Made by a program: the position numbers and the translations under genes. From Paraphysomonas bandaiensis (lineage: Eukaryota; Protista; Chrysophyceae), in assembly GCA_965644295.1 (NCBI GenBank), contig CBFFRP010000327.1:1-64000 (forward strand): a stretch of DNA of 64,000 bases, read 5' to 3'. The notes beneath the pieces are model-generated. The model was not told the DNA's origin. It worked only from the letters and a program-made list of their open reading frames with translations, and ran no database searches. Shown here piece by piece: positions 52,424 to 64,000 of the stretch. Position 1 is the stretch's first letter. Every line of letters begins with the position of its first letter.

Positions 52424-52941
52424 ATGAGTAAAAAAGTAAAAGAAGAAGATGTGCAAGCGCCAGTGCAAGAAGCTGAGGCAACTGAAACTTTCAGCAATGG
52501 AAGTTTCCTCTACCCGGACGGGTCCAAGTATAGTGGTGACTACAAAACCGTGGATGGTGTAAAATACCGACATGGTCATGGCGTGTTTACGTTTGGCCCA
52601 GAGCAATATGATGGTGAATGGATTAACGATACCATGGAGGGCCGTGGGGTATATAGCTTCTCTTCTGGAGCTGTGTACACTGGTGATTTTAAGCAAAATT
52701 GTTTTTCTGGGGAAGGATCATACGCATTTCCTGATGGTGCTAGTTATATGTAAGTTATGTTCGTTTTATTAGTTTCCATTATTAATTTTTAATCAGTGGT
52801 TCATGGTCTGGAGGAAAAATGCATGGCAATGGTACTTATACGGATCCTGATGGCGTTAAATGGAGTGGAACATTTTTTAATGGAATGTACGACTCAGGTC
52901 GCAGTTATTTATCTTTAAGGCCAGCAAAAGGCCTTGTTTGA
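52424..52941 (+). CDS. MORN-repeat protein
   Basis: Repeats of YxGxWxxxxxxGxGxY. Two exons (52424-52749 and about 52797-52941). Confidence 0.9.
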
Positions 52942-54718
52942 GTAGCCGTGTTTGTATAATGGTAATTATTTTTCATGTGCTGAGGAGTTGTTTCACACAA
53001 CTGACTAGGTCTCGAGTGCATTTTATAAAAAATATAATTAATATATGGTTTGTGATTGTTGGAAACGGGTTAAAACTCAAGCTGCTAATTTGCTTGACAA
53101 AATCACAACGTTTACGGGAAAAGTGACCGCGCCCTTTTGTACTATTATTAGTGTGCACCAATTCACTTATACTCCTTAATCCTTAACATATACTGTACAC
53201 GTGAATACAATAAAATAACATGAATCAACTGTAATAATAGGTTCGCATGATGTACTCTTGTTGGAGTTAGAAAACCTGTGTGGCTTTATACGTAGTATGA
53301 AACTATGCAACTGCATCTCATAAAGAATTACGAGGATCGCAGACTACGTACACGCACAAGCTCAATATCAAGTATGCCCTTACTTTACACTTTGCACAAA
53401 GATACCACGCATACTGGACTCTACACATCCTTCACCACACTGTCATCATGTACCTTATAATTGCATACTCAGTATAGTGCTACTACTTTGTAGCGAGCTG
53501 TTTACAATACACAAGCAATCTCCTGTGTGGTGGCTTAGGCCCGCCGGTATATTTGCCACACAATGCATAAAACACCAAGATTTCGCGCGGATTCTATGTA
53601 GTCGTCTACCTGTCTAATCCCTCTGACATCTCGGCTATGTATGTAGAACACTTGCGCAGATTATGTGAATACAATACAATCCCCTCACTCCTTACCAGTG
53701 GTATCGTTCACAAGGGTTACGAGGGGATTCTCGAGCCACGAACGCCAGTGCAAAACAATGCGCAAACTATAGCAAGGTCATGTACACCCTCCCCTCCTTC
53801 CCTTCTGAAAGTATGTGTCACGTAATTATAGTGTATATGTAGTTAGAAATTGCCTGGCGCCACAACAAAAACTAAACATGTATCCATCGCTTAGTTTAAT
53901 CAACACAAATCTACATTGGAGTACGCTCTCAGAATGGGACAATGTAGTATACACCTGTCATTTGCAATAGATTTCTAATCTGATATATTTCTTACATGGA
54001 AACGTTGTCTCTCGGGAGAAAACTGGTCATCCTCTCCATAACTGTAGGTCACAAATCAAATTTGTCAACTACATGAGTTGTTAGGCAGATGAAGTACAGG
54101 CTCATAAATTCTCATGAATGACAGCTACAAATATAACTGAAGTAATGCAAACTTCAACGAATGCTCATCCCTGACTGTGAATAATGTTATATGTCATAGA
54201 AAATGTAGTAGAAATAATAATAAAAATACTACAAAACCCAAACGGCTACAGATACTAAGGAATTGTTGAGGTGATCTTCTACTCTTAACTGTTTAGCAGT
54301 GCAAGAGCTTAATATATCTATATATCTATGCATCTATGCATCTATGCATCAGTCCACCCATGAGGTATGTACACTCCGGTAATGGTATACAGATCCGTAT
54401 ATCATGGTATACAATACAAGATGGGACTGGGGGATCAAGAAGATCCAGATATGTATGACTGTGTATACCCGGTATACTGTACTGTATTTATACAACTATT
54501 TTTGGTGTGTTTTTTTGTAGGTGATAGATACGGACATACGGACACAAGTGCAGCAGTCCATAACATGTTGAGTATACCACACATATATCACACATGCAAC
54601 TCCCATCCAGTTGCTCTTAATATACTTGAAGATAAGTATTTTTGCAGTTTTATACAATAGAAGAGAGTAGATGCATTATCACTAATTGAGTGATAGTCGA
54701 GCATTGAAGTAACGGACA

Positions 54719-56236
54719 ATGTGTCTAGGATGTTTTGATAAACGCAGTGTGGAGAATAGTGTCCAGGAGCCGTTAGCACCAAAACACTCGTCTACTAAGA
54801 ATAGTAACAAAGAAAATAGACATCGAAGTGATGACATAGGCCTTTCACAATCACCCACTTCTCAGTCGTATGAGCCACCAACCACTAACTCGACTCCATC
54901 ATACGCAATTGACAGCCATGAACCCTTCTCAAGCTATGAAACTAAACCCCCTCTCGATAGTTCACCAGTGATAGAGAGCGATAACGAAGCAACATACAAT
55001 AATGAAGCTATTCCACCGATGGGAAACAAGACCACCTTAACTGGTTGGCTTCATTACAAGACCGGCACCATTATTTCTACTTATCAGCGTGCTTTTTTTA
55101 TCCTTGAAGAAGGATTTATTTATGCTTACAGCAGACCGAAGAGTGGTGCCGTTTCTAGCGATGGTTGTATTTTTTTTAGTTTTTGACATTTTTAACATAT
55201 GTTTCCACCTTTAGATATGGTGTTGGATCCCATTGACCTTGCCGGTGCTGTGGTTACTCGGGTAGCGCTTCCAGACAGACAATTTTGCATTGACATTGAA
55301 AATTTGCTATTTCTAGATGCATATTCCTCTCCGATGCAAAAGAAATGGTAGTAGTAGTGCAATGTTTATAATGTAGTGTTATGGCTATTTGCGTCAATGC
55401 AGGATTGAAGCTCTGGACCAGGAGATTGACGATGTCAGCTATGAGTATCTTCTCTCAGGAGAAGCTGGGTGCAAAGATACTCTAGCTCTTTGGTACGGAA
55501 AGATGTTGGGAAGAAGAGAGAAATCTATTATTATATTACAGCAACCTTATGTGGTGGTGAGTATGTAACAGACCGGTAATTGCGTTTGTACACTGATTTC
55601 TTACGTTTATTCAACCAGAAAAAGCATTTTGTGAAGGCTGGATTTCACAGATGCCACGATCGAATCATGAATGTAAGATATTTTGTAAACCCTCAAGGCT
55701 TTATCTAATTATTTTGACAATAAGGTTGATGGTCTGGGTGAAAGGATTGTGTGGTCTTCGCCCGAAGGCAAGGATAAGCATGCTCACAAAGATGATAACA
55801 AAGCCATCGCTCTAAACAAAATAAATGAAGTAGTTTCTGGTACGTATGACTTCAATGTGCGTTTTAAAGCATGGCATATAATATTGTTTGTTGGATGCAG
55901 GGGCAACAACTCATGCACTTCACACAGTTGCTGGCGACATTGTTAGGGCCTCTCGTTGCTTCACCGTATATGCGTCCGATAGAGATCTGGACGTCGAAAT
56001 GAAAGACGTCGTGGAGAAAACTATATGGGTGAAGAATCTTAATGAAATTATTTTTATTGATAAGTAAGTGGTATTGATATATTGCTAATATATTCTTGTA
56101 ATAGTTTTACCTATCGAATAGGGTATCATCTATTATGAGTGCTGATACTGGTGGAAAAACTGCCAGAAAGAGAAGATCGAGTGCGATTGAGAGAAAAGCA
56201 GCACTGAGGGAACAAATAGCCAAAAATACTAATTAG
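54719..56236 (+). CDS. PH-domain protein, probably two PH-like domains
   Basis: LTGWLHYK...YQRAFFILEEG...WIEAL; second module ERIVWSS...IALNKI...RDLDVEM...IWVKNL. Many short introns. Confidence 0.65.
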
Positions 56237-56709
56237 TATAGCGCGGAGTAGAGAATATATACGAAGAAAAAATGATATATTGCTGAGAAAAGCGGTATCA
56301 TTTCACGTGATTCAATCGTATATTAATGATTAATGTGCAGTGTCTTCAATATTGCATAGTATAATACTTATATTGGATTGGTACTTAAATAATATATTTG
56401 ATAGCTAGTTTATAAATAGCACTACTGGTCGCAGTATATGCACACACAGTTGCTGGTACCATTTAATGGGGAATATAGCCGCGCACTTCTACAAGTAATT
56501 GATGTGTGAGTGAGTTGCTACAGATGAGTAGTCTGCGTAAAACATAACCCTTGTGAGGAAATGATGAGCTACTACTTGTACACCAGTACTATATTCTGCA
56601 ATAAAGTTACACCAATACCCCCTAACGCAAATTATTAAGATACGACAACGTGTTGTCACACAACTAGCAAAATAAGCAGATTGCCCAATTATAATATATT
56701 CTATACAAT

Positions 56710-58183
56710 TCACAACTCATCAGATAGTTTAGAAATATCCTCATATTCTACACCAGTGACCTCCCGGCCAGCATGAGGTCCATCTTCAATTCTAATGTCA
56801 CAGTTGTAATCACTTTCGTTTAGTCGTAACACAACTGCACGGTATCCTCGACCACGTCCATTCACAATCAACACAGCTCCACCAGCCTGCAAATAAGATT
56901 GTGATCTCAATTATACTTGTATTATACGTGAAACCTTTGGAATTACTGTCTCCAGGTCCTCTTGATCCAGACGCAGTCGCTTACCAGACACACGAACCTC
57001 CCCAATGTATTTGTCGATCACTCCTACCACAACCCCTTTCTCCTTGTAGAAGCGCCCATCTCCAACAGTTTTGTTCATAACTTTCACTACAATTCCGGCA
57101 TGCAACCAGTAGTCCTTTCGATTGCTTCGATCTTCCGCTAAAAGCTGCTGTGATTTTCGCCGTTCCTCTTCTTGCATAAGAGACTCGAGAGCGCTTTGAG
57201 GGCGAGATGAAGTACCGATGTCGGATGACGCGCTGCTGGAAGGTGCGGAAACCGCCTGTTCACCGAATGCCAATCCTTTGCCAGATCGTGCAGCTGTAGA
57301 TGACGAAATATTAGTCTTGCGTCCTAAAGATACCTGGATTTTTCCTACACAAGAAGAGATATTACTGCCATAATCTTAAAATATAAGATGGTATACCGTC
57401 AGTCTCGCTGCGTACCAGCTCTCTGTCCCCTTCACTCTCCTCCTCGTCCACATTCTCACCACGAGCGGTGGCAGCTGCGATCTGCTTTTCGATGAGTCGG
57501 CGGGTGCGCTCCTCTTCGTCCAGCTCGGACTTCTGTCGAGCCTCCATCTGCGCTTGCTTGGCTATGAGTTTTGGGTCTTTGTCAATGTATTGGATGTACC
57601 ATCCCTTCTCAGTTTCATCTACTACGCATTTGCCCTCCCGTCCCAGGAATTTGCACAACCCTGAGAGAGAGGACCATGCTGTAGAATTCATGTGCACGTG
57701 GTCTTTGTCTGATATGTACCTATAAATGTCATTAGTGCTGTGTCGAGGACAGTGGCAGCCAACTCACTCTTGATATACTGTATTGGCCAACACACGCTTC
57801 GTCCCATGTCGATGAGAGAGTGTGTCGAGGAATCCTTTCAAAAACTGTAGAAAAAAATTAAAAATGACACAAATCGATGAGACCTGTTTCAACACAATGG
57901 AATTAGAATACTCACCAGGCCAGAGAACTCACTCAATACACGTCCTGGATTATCAGCAAACACTCGCATTGCTCTTAAGTGTCCTTCACTTTTCATATGA
58001 CATCTCATTCCATTCTCATCACGACATTGTTTCTGACACATTTGACAATACCATCTTAGTTTTTGGAGCCCTTTTGCCTGTATTAATATACATTATATGC
58101 ATATAATAACATATAGGTGTTTAGGTTACCTTAATTCGATTGCTTATTGCCTTTGGAGTCAGAAATCCACCTGACTTACCCAT
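56710..58183 (-). CDS. KIN17: KIN17 DNA/RNA-binding protein
   Basis: MGKSGGFLTPKAISNRIK/AKGLQKLRWYCQMCQKQCRDENG, HMNSTAW, DYWLHAGIVVKV, LDQEDLETVIP, YEDISKL. Confidence 0.95.
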
Positions 58184-58894
58184 CCCACCGATAGAATAGT
58201 TTGATTAAATCCTATCACTTATAAGTATGTTGAGTATGGTGTGAAGTACTATGCTGCTATACTATATGAGAGTAATTAACACACACTTCATACGGATCAC
58301 TGTACAGTATATATATATATATACAGGCATACTCTCTGTATGACTTTTTCTATATTGATTCCTGCTGCTTCTCCTGTCCTTCAAGTGAATATGAATACAG
58401 TGTAGTATATGAAGGTATTCCCCTTCAAAATATAATCGTTTTTGGGTTGTGTTTTGTGTGGAATGATGTATGATGTAGTCTCTATATATACGGCATATAC
58501 AGTATATATACACCCATTCAGCCCTCGCAGTTATATATGATGCCTGCATATGTACATGTACATACTCCATACTGCTGTATATATATACATATATATATAT
58601 ATGAAAGTATATGACTTGAAACTATGGAGATAACATCACATGAAGAGGGTATCCAAGCCAACCAGTTAGTAATATAAAATAACAATACTGGAACATGATT
58701 ATACATGTATGGCTTATGTCTATTAGATATCAGTGTACTCTACTATGACAAACAACAATGATATACTCTCTTAACGATGCTATCTGACAGTCTTAGTTCA
58801 CAAATCTAATACGGATGTATGGACTAACTTATATATAAATGTACTGTATATTATTGTTATTGTAGAAACCGTTTATTCTATTCTAGACGTTATA

Positions 58895-61800
58895 ATGTCT
58901 TCAGTGGGGGCATTGGCCAATAGAGTGCATGATATTATTCGCCGTATGGGTGACAACATCGCTCAGGCAGAAGCTACAAAAACATGTTATGGCATACTGG
59001 CTATAATGTCCAGAGAAGAATCGAGTAAAGTTATTATTGCGAAAAACGGTATGGATTTGATACTTAGTGGAATGCAAACACACATGGATAAGCCCGATGT
59101 GCAAGAGGCGGGGTGTGATTTGATATGGAGCCTCGCATTCAATAACTCCGCTGTGAAGGAGATGATTGGAAACGTCAATGGAACTAGCGTAGTAGTTCGT
59201 GCTTTGAAAAGACATCACAAATCCCCTGAATTTTTGAAATCAGCTTGTGGGGCCCTGTCGAACCTGTGTCAGTATAAAGTTAATCAACAGGGGGTGGCCT
59301 CACACGGGGGTCTGCAGCCTCTAATTGTATCAATCAGTTTTCATCAAGAAAATTCAAAACTATTGCCTTTTATTTTCGATGCCCTTGCATCTCTCATAGT
59401 TGGTAATGAAGAGAATGCCCGTATTGTGTCTTCCCAGGATGGCATCTCCAAGATTCTTGCTGCGACAGGTATGCATCGCGAGGTATCGGAGGTGGTGAAG
59501 TCGGGTTGTCATGCCCTAGCTATTCTTTCAGATGTGAAGGGACAAGCCTCTAAAATAGCTGCTGCAGGGGGAGTTGGTGCGATTCTGCCCTTACTGGACA
59601 TGCATCCATCCTATGCGGACTTTCACCGTGTAGCGGCGGTAGTGCTACTACGCATGTTGCAGGAATCCTCTCATGTGGTCCGCGAGATTGCATGCAATGA
59701 GGGTATTCGTATACTACTGAAGTCATTGGACAGAGGTGGTGCTCAACAGGATACAGTGGCTGCTATTACCCACATTCTTTCCACTGTAACGAATCCGCTC
59801 ACAGCTGCCTCCAACTCTATTGAGAGCCAGCTCTGGGTTTCAAGTGGTGCGTCGGACATAGATGCCTTGTCAGGTACCATGCGCCGTGGGCGTTTCCCTC
59901 GTAATGATGCAAGATATGTGTTGGCTGCGGACACACTTGTCTCGTCTGGTATCACTCCTGGTCCCGTGAAACCACAACACCCAGGGAGCAGTAAAAAAGC
60001 TGCTTCTGAGGTAACCGCGCTGGCTGGGCTGGTGCGGTTGATGGGACAGTACTGTGAGCGCAAAGATGTGGCTCGTGCCTCTTGTCGCCTTCTCACTAAC
60101 CTCATGGGCTTCCCTGGTGTTGTTATGGCCTTGGATAAGATATCTCTGATGGACAAAGTGTTGGAGTGTGTGCATATTCACCGCAGTACCAAAGAGATTA
60201 CAGAGGCCGCTGCCGCGCTGCTGAAGTGCATCCACAAGAGAACTTTTCCTGCGTTCAGTGGGGCAAAGCTTTCCGCCATATCGGGTCTGCTTCACTTGAT
60301 CAGGACCAAAATATCGGATGAAGAGGTAGTAGTTGCGTCGCTGGAAATTCTTTGTAGACTCCGAGAGGGCGAGTCTCACAGGAGCAGAGCTGGAGGGGGA
60401 GCCCCCCAAACAACTTGCCCATCTTCCCAGTGGGAGAACGAAACGGTTATTGTTTGCTCCTCTGTGCTTGAGGCTATAGCTTCAGGTAGCTCCAGATACG
60501 GCAATGAGCTGGGCTCACCTACGAATAAGAGCTCTGATGTGAAGGCGATACCTTGGTCGAAGAGCACCCCGAAGCTGTTGTCGACAGTACTTGAATTTTT
60601 GGAGTCAGTTGACTCCAGTAAGAAAGCCGATAACAGATTCGTATACCCACAGTCTCTTGGGGTTGCATTGAAAGGTGTATACGCGATTCTTCCATTGAGA
60701 AGTGCCGACTTGTCGGCTAGAATTCAGCGTTTGCTACCCTCAATCCAAGCTAACACTCTTGAGGACAACACAAGAACCGAAGAGCCTCCTGATCAGGACG
60801 ACTCAAGTCCAGCCAATTTCAGTCGTAGGAAACTGCTTAATACAACTAACACTTTGGATGACTCTGTTGACAAGCTCGTGAAAAGTCGCAGTGGGGCGGC
60901 TGTGGGTGGTTCTGAATCTGGTGGTGGGTCATCTAGCTCCAGTAGAACCGATACTGGTGGTTCGACGAAGGGATATGCATCTACGAAAGGTAACAGGAAT
61001 TCGCCAGATAACACTAGCGAAGGAGAACCAGTTAACGGAACAAGGGGAGTCACTAGGGAGTCCAGGTTCCCAGAGCCGTTGCATCCTCTTAAGTATTGTC
61101 CCATGCCAACGTCAGATGACATACGCCAGGTGATCCCGCGGCTGCTCGATACTTACCCGTCCCACATGGAAATGCTTGCAACAGATAGTGGCCCCAACAG
61201 GAATAGCACTGGAATTAATGAGTTTGGATCCAGTGACTCGTCTTGTCGTGACTCAAACCGTGATGATTGTGGAGTGCCTTCTAGGATGCATTTGGTATAT
61301 GAGGGTGCATCTGCTGCTGGGAAAGGGTTGGCGAGTCGCTGTCCAACACCTGTGCCGTATAATGTTCCGCCTTCTGGTCTCGGTCCCCCGTTTGAACATT
61401 CTCTTACATTCGATTCTGAATTCGAGTCCGGAAACCTCTTGAGAGCTGTACAGAAAGGGGACTATGAATATGACCTGTGTCTCCGCTCCGACTTGCATAC
61501 TCCAGGTCATACACAATGGTTCTACTTCGCAGTTTCGAATACTCATAACCCTGCATGTGTCGCGGCTGCTAAAGATAAAGGTGTTCCTGTAGCCCCTGTT
61601 AAAGTTCGCTTTAACATTGTAAACCTAACGAAGCCTGACAGCTTATTTAACCAAGGAATGAAGCCTGTGGTATATTCCTGCAACAGTGCATCTAGCAAGG
61701 GACAAAGCTGGATTCGCTCTGGATCAAGAATATCTTACTTTGGTAACACTTTCACGCGAAATAACTCAGCTGGTGAAGGGGTTGCTTGCTACTTTACTTT

Positions 61801-63900
61801 GACCTTTACCCTAGAGTTCAACGATCCCACAGATACGTGTCTTATTGCATACAGTGTACCATACACGTACACAGACCACAAGGCTCATTTGCATGAACTT
61901 TTGAATAAACCAAATGCGAAAGATATCATCCGGTATTCACGTCTTTGTCAAACACTGAGCGGTGCAGACTGTGATTTGGTGGTGATCACGAACTTTAAAG
62001 ACAGGGAGAACATTGGTTCTGTTTATAACACCCCACTGAGTGGGAAATCATCCAATCCCCCCGAAAATCAAAGTGGGAGGAAGTTGAAGTCGCAAGCGAA
62101 GTTAAACAGAAAGGCACTGATTATATCTGGTCGAGTGCACCCTGGTGAAACACCCGCTTCTTGGATGATGAAAGGCACATTGGATTTTCTAACCAGTGAT
62201 GCCCCCAATGCGAGACTTATACGACAGGCATATATTGTGTATATAGTTCCTATGCTTAACCCAGATGGTGTCATATTTGGAAACAATAGGTGCGGCCTAG
62301 CCGGAGTTGACCTGAACAGGCAGTGGAAGAACCCCATAAGATCAATGCACCCCACTGTGTATGCTCTGAAGACCTTAATTCAAGAGCAAAAGAGTCAAAG
62401 GGAGATCAGTATGTACATTGACCTCCATGGTCATTCTAGAAAGTACAATATATTTATGTATGGGGTGGAAGAAAAGAAAAGGCCCAATCCAAAGGTCCGG
62501 GCTTTTCCTAAGTTTTTTTCGCTGCATGCTGTTGGCAAAAAGTATGTGTCATATAACGACTGTTCTTTCCACGTGCGGAAGGGTCGAGAAGCTACAGCAA
62601 GGGTGGTGGTGGCAAGGGAATTAGGGATACCACTTAGTTATACAGTTGAAGCGACTTTCTGTGGAGCCGATGAGGGACCCTTGAAGTTCTGTCATATGAA
62701 TATTGGACACCTACAAGAAGTTGGCAGTTCGATGTGTGATGCCTTTCTTCAGTATTCAATTGCCGAAGGGGATGTTCCAGATTCATTGCTGGCAATGAGC
62801 AGACGCCTACGCTCGGAATCTGTGCCAACGGATGCACTCACTGCGGCAGTAAATGAACAGGTGCGGCGGGGAGGGGGGAGATCATCCGATAAAAACCGTT
62901 CTAAGGGGTCTGGATATGCAATGTTGAAGAATTCGACGGTGCATGCAGAGGCTGAAGCTAGCGTTGATGTTCCATCCGATGGAGGAGAGTCCTTGACCGC
63001 TGGAAAAGCGACGCCCGGAGAAACACCACCTCCCATAGAGTCTCCCGATAATGTGGATCAAGTGGTATCCCGGGCTGAGAGTGAAAGTGATATTGTTGGT
63101 GATGATGATTCTGATGATGGAGATAGTGTAGTTCAGGCCGGGACTGATGGTGACGGACCCTATGTAATGCCATCTACAGCTTCGTCATCTAGAAGTATAC
63201 AGTCCGCAGCCTCATCGCGGAATTCGTCTTCTATGTTGCGCTCTCAAGAACACTCCAATCGATCGGAAACAGCACCAATGAACTCACCAGCTCTCGCTGA
63301 TGCGCAGACACCAGGTGGTTTACGCCTTTTAGCCAGAGATGACGGGTTCAGCTTTTCAGATTCCGTAACAGCAAATAGGATGATCATAGGGATAGCTGCA
63401 AAATCAGCGACGTCGAGTCCGCCGATTAAAAGCTCTGGCGAGAGCAGGTATATATGCTACTCTTTCATATTATGCTAGGTTACGTTTTTGCTTCCAGGGG
63501 TCGTTCTGCAGTCTCAGCCAATAAATCGAAGGACGCTGTATCATTGCGCCCAAAGAAAGTTTCGCGAAAAGGCGGGCTGAAGGCGAAGAGAGATAAGATA
63601 AAGGTGAGTTCTGTTTTAATACTATTTCACCACTAAAATATATATTCAGCGACACTCAGAAAGTGTCGATTCTGATGACACCTTCGGTACTGATGGGCAA
63701 GGCATATTTGGCAAGCGTTTTTTGATGGTGGGAAAAGAAGAGGACGACAAAGGCACTCAGGATGGTAAGTCAAGATACGGAACACAGGTAATGCTTGTAA
63801 ACAAGACGTATTTTATCACTAATTTGAGTCGTTAAAACAGTTTAGCCTAGAGGATGCATCTATTGCTAGCAGCGTAGGACTTCCCAAGGTTGCCAAGTAA
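58895..63900 (+). CDS. Cytosolic carboxypeptidase (CCP/AGBL/Nna1, M14 family) with N-terminal ARM repeats
   Basis: ARM repeats, FESGNL, QWFYF, PYTY, RVHPGE, LNPDGV..GNNR, DLHGHS, YTVEAT. Small 3' exons follow; exact start and stop are uncertain. Confidence 0.88.
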
Positions 63901-64000
63901 ATGACGGTTATCTGAATTCGTGTATTATATCTACCCAGTTGTGTTTGTAGCTTTAAAATCGGCTCGAATGTATAGTGTATTGCTATGCTTTATGGCTGTT

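Noticed and set aside
53200-54700. Short ORFs between the MORN and PH genes (also at 1555-2600 and 13277-13480)
   Set aside because: No recognisable motifs or consistent splice model.
58895-60400. ARM plus M14 carboxypeptidase as a novel fusion
   Set aside because: N-terminal ARM-like regions are already known in CCP1/CCP4-type enzymes.

Overview
Gene-dense eukaryotic DNA with mostly short (about 45-70 nt) spliceosomal introns. Gene content and intron style suggest a flagellated stramenopile, possibly a chrysophyte (inference). Host genes in order: gamma-glutamyl hydrolase, ATG3, an MFS/POT-like transporter, an LRR protein with about 10 TM helices, SCAPER, RPS27 (absent from the ORF track), a giant IQ-motif protein, DHCR24, a CECR5/HDHD5-like HAD hydrolase, RME-8/DNAJC13 with a spliced C-terminal PDZ domain, a MORN protein, a PH-domain protein, KIN17 and an ARM + M14 cytosolic carboxypeptidase. 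Most sit in head-to-head pairs. Mobile DNA: (1) an intact Ty1/copia element with identical 258-bp LTRs ending TA...TT instead of TG...CA; (2) two non-autonomous hAT elements with 8-bp TSDs; (3) three copies of a structured retroposon 3' end lacking poly(A), one hosting the copia and one a hAT MITE; (4) LINE and copia relics. Repeats: a 3x98-bp tandem array and an (ATAC)n tract of about 466 bp filling a divergent promoter. All splice models were read by eye; no database searches were run.
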